DNA of 35,865 nt, from contig JAFSVP010000141.1 in NCBI GenBank assembly GCA_017444905.1, positions 1-35,865 on the forward strand. Direction: 5' to 3'. A program made the position numbers and the translations under genes. The notes beneath the pieces were generated by a model. It saw only the letters and a program-made list of their open reading frames with translations. It had not been told where the DNA came from and did not search any database. This DNA comes from Bacteroidales bacterium. GTDB lineage: Bacteria > Bacteroidota > Bacteroidia > Bacteroidales > UBA932. This document shows positions 1 through 8,067 of the stretch, piece after piece (the first letter of the stretch is position 1; each line of letters begins with the position of its first letter).

Positions 1-63
1 CACTTGGGAAAAATCGCGGAAAGGTGTATATTCTCCTATCTGAAAATCTTAGGAAACGTGATT

Positions 64-1413
64 ATGAAACGTAAGATTTACGACCAGTTGGTCCAGTGGA
101 AACAGGAAATGAATGGATCTACAGCCCTTTTGATAGAAGGGGCTAGGCGTATTGGGAAGAGTTATATAGCAGAGGAGATCGCTCGCAACGAATACGACTC
201 GTATATACTCATCGATTTCAGTAAGGCTCCTGCTCGCGTTAAAGGATGGTTTGATGAGTATCTAGAAGATATCGACACGTTGTTGCAGAATATCCAACTG
301 CATTACAAAAAGCAACTAACACCGCGAAAATCCCTTATTATTTTCGATGAGGTGCAGAAATGTCCTCGTGCCAGGGAGGCAATCAAGGCCTTGGTGGAGG
401 ACCGCCGTTTCGATTATCTTGAAACGGGCTCTCTTATCTCCATAAAGAAAAACGTTGAGAATATTGTCATTCCATCAGAAGAGGATGGTATCGAAATGTT
501 TCCCATTGACTTTGAAGAGTTTCTATGGGCTATGGGCAATGAGGTAATGATGCCATACATCAAAGCACAATATGAAAAACGTAAGCCAATGGGAGAATTC
601 CACCGCGAAGCTTTACACTATTTTCGTCAATATCTTATCGTAGGAGGAATGCCGCAGGCTGTTGCAGAGTATGCTGCAACGCGAGATTTTACCAAAGTGG
701 ACGCCGTCAAACGTCAGATACTGCGCCTTTACAAGAACGATATAAAGAACTACGCCGGGACAGCTACTGCTCGTGTCAGCGCTATCTATGACGCCATTCC
801 TGGACAGTTGCAGAAGAAAGAAAAAAGGTTTGTGTTGTCGGCACTGAAGGATGAAGCGCGAATGCGTGAGTACGATAGTGCGTTCTTTTGGCTAGATGAT
901 GCCAAGATCGTTAATATCTGCTACAATACGACGGCGCCAAATATAGGGCTGCAACTTAATGAAGACCGCACCGTCCTGAAGTGCTATTTCTGCGATACAG
1001 GGCTTCTTATTTCGTTGGCTTTCAGTGCGCGGGGTATCGTAACGAATGAGATTTACCAGAAACTGATGTTTGACAAGTTGGAAATCGACGAAGGGATGCT
1101 GGTAGAAAACATCGTGGCCCAAATGTTAAAAGCATCGGGTAAAGAGCTATTCTTTTATTCCAACTATGATAAAGAAGAAGCAGACAACCGGATGCATATA
1201 GATTTCCTCATACAAAAGGAGTTAGTAACCTCCCGGCACAACATATCTCCAATTGAAGTTAAGAGTGGATCAAACTATACGCTTACTTCCCTTAACAAAT
1301 GCATCAAGAAGTTTGGCCAGTACCTCTCAACTCCCTATGTCTTGCACACGAAAGATCTAGAGATGAAAGATGGGCTGGTTTATCTCCCGCTTTATATGAC
1401 CCACCTATTATAA
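64..1413 (+). CDS. AAA+ ATPase (AAA_14-like) with C-terminal DUF4143 / PD-(D/E)XK-like nuclease domain
   Basis: Walker A GARRIGKS, Walker B LIIFDEVQ, YLETGS, VGGMPQAV, DTGLL and C-terminal IDFLI...PIEVKSG. ATG at 64 (MKRKIY, typical family start) preferred over the TTG at 4. Confidence 0.9.
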   Translation: MKRKIYDQLVQWKQEMNGSTALLIEGARRIGKSYIAEEIARNEYDSYILIDFSKAPARVKGWFDEYLEDIDTLLQNIQLHYKKQLTPRKSLIIFDEVQKCPRAREAIKALVEDRRFDYLETGSLISIKKNVENIVIPSEEDGIEMFPIDFEEFLWAMGNEVMMPYIKAQYEKRKPMGEFHREALHYFRQYLIVGGMPQAVAEYAATRDFTKVDAVKRQILRLYKNDIKNYAGTATARVSAIYDAIPGQLQKKEKRFVLSALKDEARMREYDSAFFWLDDAKIVNICYNTTAPNIGLQLNEDRTVLKCYFCDTGLLISLAFSARGIVTNEIYQKLMFDKLEIDEGMLVENIVAQMLKASGKELFFYSNYDKEEADNRMHIDFLIQKELVTSRHNISPIEVKSGSNYTLTSLNKCIKKFGQYLSTPYVLHTKDLEMKDGLVYLPLYMTHLL

Positions 1414-1695
1414 AGCAGAGGGCTTTTTCTATACAGTAGAATTGCCGTTGTAATTCTTTGTTGTATCGACGGGAACCTATGGTTAGGGTCTGTTTGGAGA
1501 TTGTGCCGTATGGTATGAATCCCGAATGGTAAAGCGTATCGACCTTTACCTCTCCGGAATCGTACTTAGCATCGCTAGTAAGTGTTAAAAAAGAAAAAAG
1601 TGTTCCGACATTAACGAAATTATGATTAAATTCATGGGATTTTTTGACAGACAGTATAATTAATAATCATAATTAACAATTAAAGTTTATCTATT

Positions 1696-2061
1696 ATGAA
1701 ACTCAAATCCATCATCGCAGCCGTTGCTGCCGCAATCCTTGCGCTCTCCTTCACTTCCTGCCAGAAGACCGACTCCGGAGACAACGCCGGCGGTTACTAC
1801 ATCGCCCCTCTTGCTGACGCATCCGGCGTTGATGCCATCTTCATCCTCAGCTGCAACGGCGCTCTGCTCGAGACCTTCGGAACTGGAATAGTTTACAAGA
1901 ATGCCGCAAATGACAAGAAGGCCATCGACGCTTGTGACAAGATTTACGAAGACGCAAAACACAACATCTCTGTAAGCTTCGAACTCTACTTCCAGAATGC
2001 AGTCGCAGAAGGACAGCAGCCCACAAAGCAGGTTATAAAGACTTACAGCCCTGCAGAATAG
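1696..2061 (+). CDS. Small lipoprotein, function unknown
   Basis: MKLK + hydrophobic stretch + lipobox FTSC, followed by QKTDSGD. AT-rich leader, C-ending codon bias, downstream terminator. Confidence 0.85.
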   Translation: MKLKSIIAAVAAAILALSFTSCQKTDSGDNAGGYYIAPLADASGVDAIFILSCNGALLETFGTGIVYKNAANDKKAIDACDKIYEDAKHNISVSFELYFQNAVAEGQQPTKQVIKTYSPAE

Positions 2062-2138
2062 CATCGCAAAGTACCAATCCGTCCGGTCACCCCGGCTTTA
2101 AGCGCCGGCCTCCGGCAACGTTTGGAACTTTTACGCAC

Positions 2139-2171
2139 AACGCCTCACGGAACAATCCGCGAGGCGTTTTT
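2139..2171 (+). terminator. Intrinsic terminator after the lipoprotein gene
   Basis: AACGCCTCaCGGA-acaa-TCCGcGAGGCGTT stem followed by a T-run. Confidence 0.7.
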
Positions 2172-2313
2172 GCGATATGAGGGAGGGGTAAAATGTTTTG
2201 GGAACGCTTCGCAAAATTTATCCATAGTGATTACCGGCTCTGCGCAAAATGTTTGTAGATTACGAAATGAAAAACCGCCACAACTTGCTGTTGTTCAGCG
2301 CGTTACGGCGACT

Positions 2314-2330
2314 GCGGAGAGGACGGGAGT
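2314..2330 (-). repeat. Degenerate copy of tRNA-Ser 3' end (att-like site)
   Basis: gcggagaggacgggagt matches 4478-4494 gcggagaggacgagatt at 15/17, same orientation. Adjacent to an imperfect inverted repeat at 2276-2310. Confidence 0.7.
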
Positions 2331-2561
2331 ATTGCCTGCATTTCAATTCTTCTCGTTACGGTGGCGAATATTCATTGTAGATACCTGTAGAGGTGTTTTG
2401 CCTTGTTTGCCATTACGCTGATGTAATTGCGATTCATTCCGTTATTCTGTGTTCTTCTTACCACGGCGCGTCTTTTTTGAACTAAAAACGCACCATTTTA
2501 TTCATTATTATTTGGAATTATGTTTTATAAACATTATGTTTATGCCACATAATTATTTAAT

Positions 2562-3941
2562 ATGGAATTTGTTGACAGAAAGAAAGAGCAGCAGCGGCTG
2601 CGTGAGCTCCTTAACAGTGGTTCGCCCAGGTTTGTCATCGTCAGGGGACGCCGCAGGATAGGTAAGTCGGCACTGATAGGTAAGGTTTTGAAGGAAAGCG
2701 ACATATACTACGAGGCCGATAGAACGGCCGAGCCTAATCAAATGCTAGTGTGTTCACAAGTAATCAGCAGGAGATTCCCGGGGTTTGCCGATGCCGTTTA
2801 CCTAGATTGGAAGGCGCTATTGAAAGCAATCAATCATAGGGTGACTGAGCCAATAACTGTTTGTTTGGATGAGTTTCCATATCTTGTGGAGAATACACCG
2901 GCGCTGCCATCCATTGTCCAAGGTTTGCTGGATGACGACAAAGAGCCACTGCGGTACAATTTAATACTGTGCGGATCTTCTCAGCAGATGATGTACGACT
3001 TGTCTCACGATGAGTCTTCTCCTCTGTTTGGGAGGGACGATTCTGATTTCAATATGAGGCCAATAGCGGCTCCTTTTTTGTCGGAAGCCTTGAATCTGAA
3101 TGCGCAGGAAACAATAGAGAACTATGCAGTGTGGGGAGGCGTGCCTCGATATTGGAAGCTCAGGGAAGATTGTTCCAGCCTTAAGGAAGCTATTGACACA
3201 CAAATATTTTCCAATCTTGGCGCGCTGTATGAGGAACCGCTTCATCTTTTCCGAGATGACATAAAAGACCCGGTTAAGACAGCAACCATTATGTCCATTG
3301 TGGGCAATGGTATACATCGGCTTTCTGAAATAGCATCCAGATGTAACGAACCCGCCACAAACCTTTCGCGTCCGCTGGCCAAACTGTTGGATTTGGGTTA
3401 TCTGGAAAAAGATATCCCTTTTGGAGAATCGCCCAAATCAAGCAAAAAAAGCCTGTATCAGATAGCAGACCCTTTCCTCAGTTTCTACTATAGATTTGTT
3501 CCGGCAAACCGTTCCTTTATTGAGATGGACCGCAGACTGCCTCTTGAAGAGGCTCTGGCCGATAATCTGTCCTCACATATAGGATACTGGTGGGAGCACC
3601 TGTGTCGGGAAGCAGTATTCGGGAACCGGATTGACGAAATCGTTTTCGGTAAAGCCTCCAGATGGTGGGGGAAAGTGCTTATTGACGGAGAGGAAAAACC
3701 CCGCGATGTAGAGCTGGACGTGGTTGCAGAGTCCACCGACGGAAAGACTATTCTAATAGGTGAGTGTAAATGGTCCACCGGCGAAAACGGACGTCTTCTG
3801 ACGCGGCAGTTGGAAAAGATAGCCCGAAGTCTCCCATTTGCCCAAGGTAAAACAATATTAATCAAACTATTTACTAAAACTCGCCCAGAAGAAGACCTGG
3901 GTAATTCCCTTCTTCCGGCCGATGTTTTGGGGTTACTGTGA
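2562..3941 (+). CDS. Archaeal-type ATPase (ATPase_2) with winged helix and DUF234-like PD-(D/E)XK C-terminus
   Basis: FVDRKKE start, Walker A GRRRIGKS, Walker B CLDEFPYL, LILCGS, WGGVPRY, DPFLSFYYRFV and ELDVVA...IGECKW. Confidence 0.9.
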   Translation: MEFVDRKKEQQRLRELLNSGSPRFVIVRGRRRIGKSALIGKVLKESDIYYEADRTAEPNQMLVCSQVISRRFPGFADAVYLDWKALLKAINHRVTEPITVCLDEFPYLVENTPALPSIVQGLLDDDKEPLRYNLILCGSSQQMMYDLSHDESSPLFGRDDSDFNMRPIAAPFLSEALNLNAQETIENYAVWGGVPRYWKLREDCSSLKEAIDTQIFSNLGALYEEPLHLFRDDIKDPVKTATIMSIVGNGIHRLSEIASRCNEPATNLSRPLAKLLDLGYLEKDIPFGESPKSSKKSLYQIADPFLSFYYRFVPANRSFIEMDRRLPLEEALADNLSSHIGYWWEHLCREAVFGNRIDEIVFGKASRWWGKVLIDGEEKPRDVELDVVAESTDGKTILIGECKWSTGENGRLLTRQLEKIARSLPFAQGKTILIKLFTKTRPEEDLGNSLLPADVLGLL

Positions 3942-4287
3942 CGAATACAACCGCAGTTTCATAAGCCAAAGGCGCCGCACGGCTTGTTCTGTGCTATGTT
4001 TTGGCAAATCTGGTCAGGACGTTTCAACTTCGTTTTATATATTTGGATAACTACCACTTTTGTTATCTTTGATGCGTACTCTTCCGGTATACTTTTAAAC
4101 GAGAATCTGGTACACTTTTCAGTTACTACATACAAATCCAACTGCTTTAGCAAAAGTCTCCTTATGGGAGCCGCTCAGACAACCCGGTATTGCCCAGATT
4201 CTTGGTGGATTTTTTGGTAGATGACGTAAAAAAAGAAAAAATCGCTGCAACCAACTGATAGTCAGTTAATTGCATCGATGTTTCGGT

Positions 4288-4302
4288 GGAAAGGACGAGA
4301 TT
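4288..4302 (-). repeat. Degenerate copy of tRNA-Ser 3' end (att-like site)
   Basis: ggaaaggacgagatt matches 4480-4494 ggagaggacgagatt at 14/15. Flanked by an imperfect palindrome at 4241-4279 and direct repeats TTGGTRGAT at 4202 and 4214. Confidence 0.7.
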
Positions 4303-4340
4303 AGCCCCGCTTCGCGGGCCTTTTCTCGGGCTGTCCGGGA

Positions 4341-4472
4341 GCAATCAAAAGGAAGGCGGGACCAAGGTCCCTTGTTTTTGTGCGCCGGAGTGACCTTACG
4401 AAAGCAAGCTTTCGACGGCCGCTCCGGCACACAAAAACGCCGCACTTTCGTGCGGCGCCTTCCTTTGATTGC
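4341..4472 (-). other. Highly structured multi-hairpin element directly 3' of tRNA-Ser
   Basis: Closing stem 4341-4358/4456-4472 encloses hairpins at 4358-4371, 4374-4438 and 4439-4456 (GAAA loop on the minus strand). Confidence 0.7.
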
Positions 4473-4478
4473 ATTGCG

Positions 4479-4567
4479 CGGAGAGGACGAGATTCGAACT
4501 CGTGGTACGGAATGACCCGTACGTCGGTTTAGCAAACCGGTGGTTTAAGCCACTCACCCACCTCTCC
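4479..4567 (-). tRNA. tRNA-Ser(GCT)
   Basis: Minus strand GGAGAGG...CCTCTCCG acceptor stem, D-loop TGAGTGGCTTAAA, anticodon loop TTGCTAA, long variable arm, GTTCGAATC T-loop. No encoded CCA. Confidence 0.97.
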
Positions 4568-4593
4568 AGTGTGTACGTGTGAAAACAACGGGG

Positions 4594-4601
4594 CAAAGTT
4601 A
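4594..4601 (-). promoter_or_regulatory. Bacteroidota -7 promoter element for tRNA-Ser
   Basis: TAACTTTG on the minus strand, matching TAnnTTTG, 26 nt upstream of the tRNA. Confidence 0.7.
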
Positions 4602-5378
4602 ATAATTATTTTCAACGAATGCAAGCGTCGCGACGCTTATGCGGCAGGAGGGAGGCAAAACCGTGCGGGCGGCGACGGTGCAGGCTGCCAGGGTGTTGCC
4701 GGTGGTGAAGACGTCGTCGACTATGAGGAGGTGACGGACGGAGCCGCTGGCGGGGCGGGCGGAGAAGGCGCCCGACACGTTGGCCGCCTTGGCGGCCGGA
4801 GCGAGCGAAGCTTGCGAGCGGGTCCGTCGCACACGGCGCAGGAGGCGGCCGTCAAAACGGGCACCGAGAGCGAGCGCAACGCGACGGGCTATTATTTCGG
4901 CCTGATTGTATCCCCGGCGGTAACGCCTCAAAGGATGCAGCGGAACGCAAGTCACGAGGTCGACGTCGGCAAAATGCAGGGCGCGGGCAAGCTCGGAGCC
5001 GAGCATATCGGCAAAATAGCGTCCGGCGCCGAAGTTCGCGTGGTATTTGAGCGCCTTGGTGATTGCCGTGTAATCAGCCTCTCCGGAATAATCTTCTGCT
5101 TCGGAATCCACGGAATCGGAGTCTGACCTGAAGAAGAACAGGGCTGCCGCATACTGGTAGCGGTCTGCTTCAATCAGGGCGTTATAGATGTCTGCCATCG
5201 GGTTGCGAGTGCGGGAAGCATAATGTGTAAATGGAATGTCGGCTCTGCAGGGAATGCAGAGATGCCGCTCATATATAAGAAGTTTCCTGCCGCAGGACAG
5301 GCAGAGCCTCGGAGCCGCCAAATCGGCCACGCTCCGCAGCGCCGTCTTCAAATCAATCCGGCTTATCCTCGGATCCAT
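4599..5378 (-). CDS. comF: ComF family protein (zinc ribbon + phosphoribosyltransferase domain)
   Basis: CLSC/CIPC pairs, LKY, VPLH..R...RGYNQA and PRPP motif LIVDDVFTTGNT. Confidence 0.92.
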   Translation of the reverse strand: MDPRISRIDLKTALRSVADLAAPRLCLSCGRKLLIYERHLCIPCRADIPFTHYASRTRNPMADIYNALIEADRYQYAAALFFFRSDSDSVDSEAEDYSGEADYTAITKALKYHANFGAGRYFADMLGSELARALHFADVDLVTCVPLHPLRRYRRGYNQAEIIARRVALALGARFDGRLLRRVRRTRSQASLAPAAKAANVSGAFSARPASGSVRHLLIVDDVFTTGNTLAACTVAARTVLPPSCRISVATLAFVENNY

Positions 5379-5747
5379 AGAGAAAATTTTTATAGTTTAA
5401 GTTACCAGTGTCCACTAAAATTTTACAATAAATCTTCCAATAGCCTCACAATCAAGTGATTACAAAATATTTTACACCGAACCGATTTGAAAAAATCCTT
5501 GCTGTACTATCGTAGAATGGCTGTTTTACAATGAATAATACCCGGCCCACCAGCTTTTAGATTTTACCACCACAGAAATAATCAGCAGAATTTCAAACAC
5601 TTACAGCATAATACACATTAAGGATTAAAATGTGCTACACACACAATTGGGTTATTAGGTTTTTCCTTGACAGTTAGCAGCCTCCAACGAAGGAATGCAA
5701 CAGAGCTAAATTACTGAGGAAGAAACAGACAGCTAACCCACCCGATT

Positions 5748-5904
5748 GGTTTATGAGGATTTCCGTGCTGATTTGCAGCGTCCGACGAAGGAGCTTAGCG
5801 GGCTAAGTGACTGAGGAGGACCTGCAAAGCAGCCGGAAAAGACCATAAACCAGGGCTAAGTGACTGAGGAGGACCTGCTAAGCAGCCGGAAAAGACCATA
5901 AACC
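5748..5904. repeat. Long imperfect hairpin (REP/MITE-like) with tandemly duplicated 52-bp right arm
   Basis: ggtttatg..ttccg..gctg.tttgcag.gtcc..cttagc pairs with gctaag..ggac.ctgcaaa..cagc.cggaa..cataaacc (5748-5851). 5800-5851 is repeated at 5853-5904 with one mismatch. Confidence 0.85.
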
Positions 5905-5905
5905 T

Positions 5906-6643
5906 CTAGGCGGTAAGGGCCCCGCAGCAGCTAATAACCTGCCCGCTCACATAAGTGGAGAGGTCACTGGCAAGGAACAGGGCGACGGAAGCCACTTCGT
6001 CTTTGGTGCCCCAGCGGTGCATGGGGATATTGTTGAGCCAGAAAGTCTTTACGGAGTCGCTGAGCTTCTCGGTCATATCTGAAAGGATGAGGCCGGGAGC
6101 GATGCAGTTGGCGCGGACCCCGCGGGAGCCGAGCTCCTTGGCCACACTCTTGGCAAGACCTACCATACCGCTCTTGGCTGCGGAGTAATTAATCTGGCCC
6201 ACATTGCCGTGGGTGCCGGAAGTGGAACTTATGTTGATAACGCTGCCGCAGCGCTGGCGGGCCAGAATGGGCGCCACTGCGTGGACGTAATTGAACGCCG
6301 ACTTGAGGTTTGCCGAAAGAATCTCGTCCCAGGCCGACTCGTCCATCCTGAGAATCAGGGCGTCGCGGGTGATGCCGGCATTGTTCACGAGAATGTCGAT
6401 ACGACCGAAAGCCTCGTGTACGCGGGCCACCACCTCGTGGGCAGCCGCAAAATCTGCAGCGTCGGATTCAAAGGCCAGAATCCTGGTGCCATACTGCTCA
6501 TAATCAGCCACAAGCCCCTCGGGCAGATGGCGGCAGGTAAACGCCACGTCGGCTCCTTCAGCCGCAAAACGGCGGACTATAGCCTCTCCAATTCCCCTCG
6601 AGCCACCAGTCACGAGAGCCGTTTTTCCTGTTAAAAGTCCCAT
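5906..6643 (-). CDS. fabG: 3-oxoacyl-ACP reductase (SDR)
   Basis: TGGSRGIG, NNAGITRD, YSAAK catalytic motif, AKELGSRGVRANCIAPG. Confidence 0.88.
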   Translation of the reverse strand: MGLLTGKTALVTGGSRGIGEAIVRRFAAEGADVAFTCRHLPEGLVADYEQYGTRILAFESDAADFAAAHEVVARVHEAFGRIDILVNNAGITRDALILRMDESAWDEILSANLKSAFNYVHAVAPILARQRCGSVINISSTSGTHGNVGQINYSAAKSGMVGLAKSVAKELGSRGVRANCIAPGLILSDMTEKLSDSVKTFWLNNIPMHRWGTKDEVASVALFLASDLSTYVSGQVISCCGALTA

Positions 6644-8067
6644 AATGTTTCGTCGTTTATCATTGCCTCTTCAACGTCATCCGGAGCTATGGGGAGACGG
6701 CGCGAGCCAAGCCTGCGGGCGCCGGCCTCCGTCACCAGCACGTCGTCTTCCAGACGTATGCCGCCGAAGTCGCAATAAGTTTCAAGTTTTGAATAATTTA
6801 CGGCTCCCTTGCCAAAACCTTCCTCCTTCATGCGGGAAATCAGGGCAGGGATGAAATAAATTCCCGGTTCGTCGGTGATGACATTGCCCGGAACAAGGGC
6901 GCGGGCCATCCTCAGGCTGCCGAGCCCGAGCAGGGCCGAACGCGACTGCCCGTCGTCGTACCCCACGAGGTCTTCGCCGTAATCTTCCATATCGTGAACG
7001 TCCAGGCCCATGTTGTGCCCCAGGCCGTGAGGCATGAAGAGGCCGGCCACGCCCATCGCCGCCAGCTCTTCGGGGTCGCCTTTCACAAAGCCCAGCCGAC
7101 CCAGGCCGTCAAGCAGGTGTACGGACACTGCCGTATGGCAGTCGCAATATTTCACGCCAGGCTTTATCATATTGAATGCAAGCTCGTTGCATTCATATAC
7201 AAGCTGGTAAATCTCCCTCTGCTTCAGGGTAAAGCGCCCGCCTGTGGGGTAAGTGCGGGTGTGGTCGGAGGCGTAGTGTGAGTTGCTTTCAACTCCGGCG
7301 TCTATCAGAAGCAGCCTGCCGGGCTCGAGAGCCGCCGCATGCGAGTGGCAGTGGAAAATCTCTCCGTGCTGGGTAAGGATGGTAGGGAAGGACACGCCCC
7401 AGCCGAAGGAAAGGGCCTCGTTCTCCATCTCGCCCACGATTTCCTGCTCGACGCGGCCGATATGGATTCCCCTGCGAGCCTTCGTATGCATACGCCAGCC
7501 AAGCTCCGCAGCCTCGTCGAGAAGGCGGATTTCATCCTCGTCCTTCACGAGGCGCATCTTAACGACGGCCCTCACGAGCGGCTCCGAAGCAAGCGGGCAG
7601 CCTTTTTTACCGCTCCTGAAGAGCTTCGAAGGCTCCACTCCGAGCAGCCCGCCGAGCAGTATTGCGTTGTAATATCTCGACACCGGAAGGAAATGTACCT
7701 TCCTGCCGGCTGCAACGGCAGCCTTCACGGCCTCGCCGAAAGCGGCGTAAGGGGCCGAATTGCCGACTCCCGCCTCCGCGGCAAGCGAAGAGACTGCAGG
7801 CATAGGGCCAGTCCAGATTATATCGTCGAGGCCGTAATCGTCGGCATACACCGTCTCCTCGCCGGAATCAAGGTCGAGGATGGCCGCGAAGAGAGGCTCG
7901 TCGATGCCGAAAAAATACAGCCAGGTACTGTCCTGACGCCATTTGTATGCGTTTTCGAAGTACTGCGCCGGCGACTCTGCGTTACCAGTAAAAATCACTA
8001 TTCCGCTCTCGCCTTGAAGGAGCGAAAACAGGCGCTTCCGCCTTTCCGAGTATTTACCTGCCGTCAT
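6631..8067 (-). CDS. pepP: Xaa-Pro aminopeptidase (M24B)
   Basis: AMP_N-like RQDS..YFFG, IDAG..YASDHTRT, HGLGHNMGLDVHD, TDEPGIYF and GIRLEDD. Confidence 0.93.
   Translation of the reverse strand: MTAGKYSERRKRLFSLLQGESGIVIFTGNAESPAQYFENAYKWRQDSTWLYFFGIDEPLFAAILDLDSGEETVYADDYGLDDIIWTGPMPAVSSLAAEAGVGNSAPYAAFGEAVKAAVAAGRKVHFLPVSRYYNAILLGGLLGVEPSKLFRSGKKGCPLASEPLVRAVVKMRLVKDEDEIRLLDEAAELGWRMHTKARRGIHIGRVEQEIVGEMENEALSFGWGVSFPTILTQHGEIFHCHSHAAALEPGRLLLIDAGVESNSHYASDHTRTYPTGGRFTLKQREIYQLVYECNELAFNMIKPGVKYCDCHTAVSVHLLDGLGRLGFVKGDPEELAAMGVAGLFMPHGLGHNMGLDVHDMEDYGEDLVGYDDGQSRSALLGLGSLRMARALVPGNVITDEPGIYFIPALISRMKEEGFGKGAVNYSKLETYCDFGGIRLEDDVLVTEAGARRLGSRRLPIAPDDVEEAMINDETLWDF

Noticed and set aside
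1414-1695. Short hairpins in the intergenic region after the first ATPase (e.g. ggtaaag/ctttacc)
   Set aside because: Weak stems with no recognisable riboswitch or repeat; insufficient support.
2122-2661. Small ORFs at 2122-2421 and 2449-2661 (also 3959-4596)
   Set aside because: They overlap a terminator, att-like sites, the tRNA or structured elements, mostly use non-ATG starts, and have no protein-like features.
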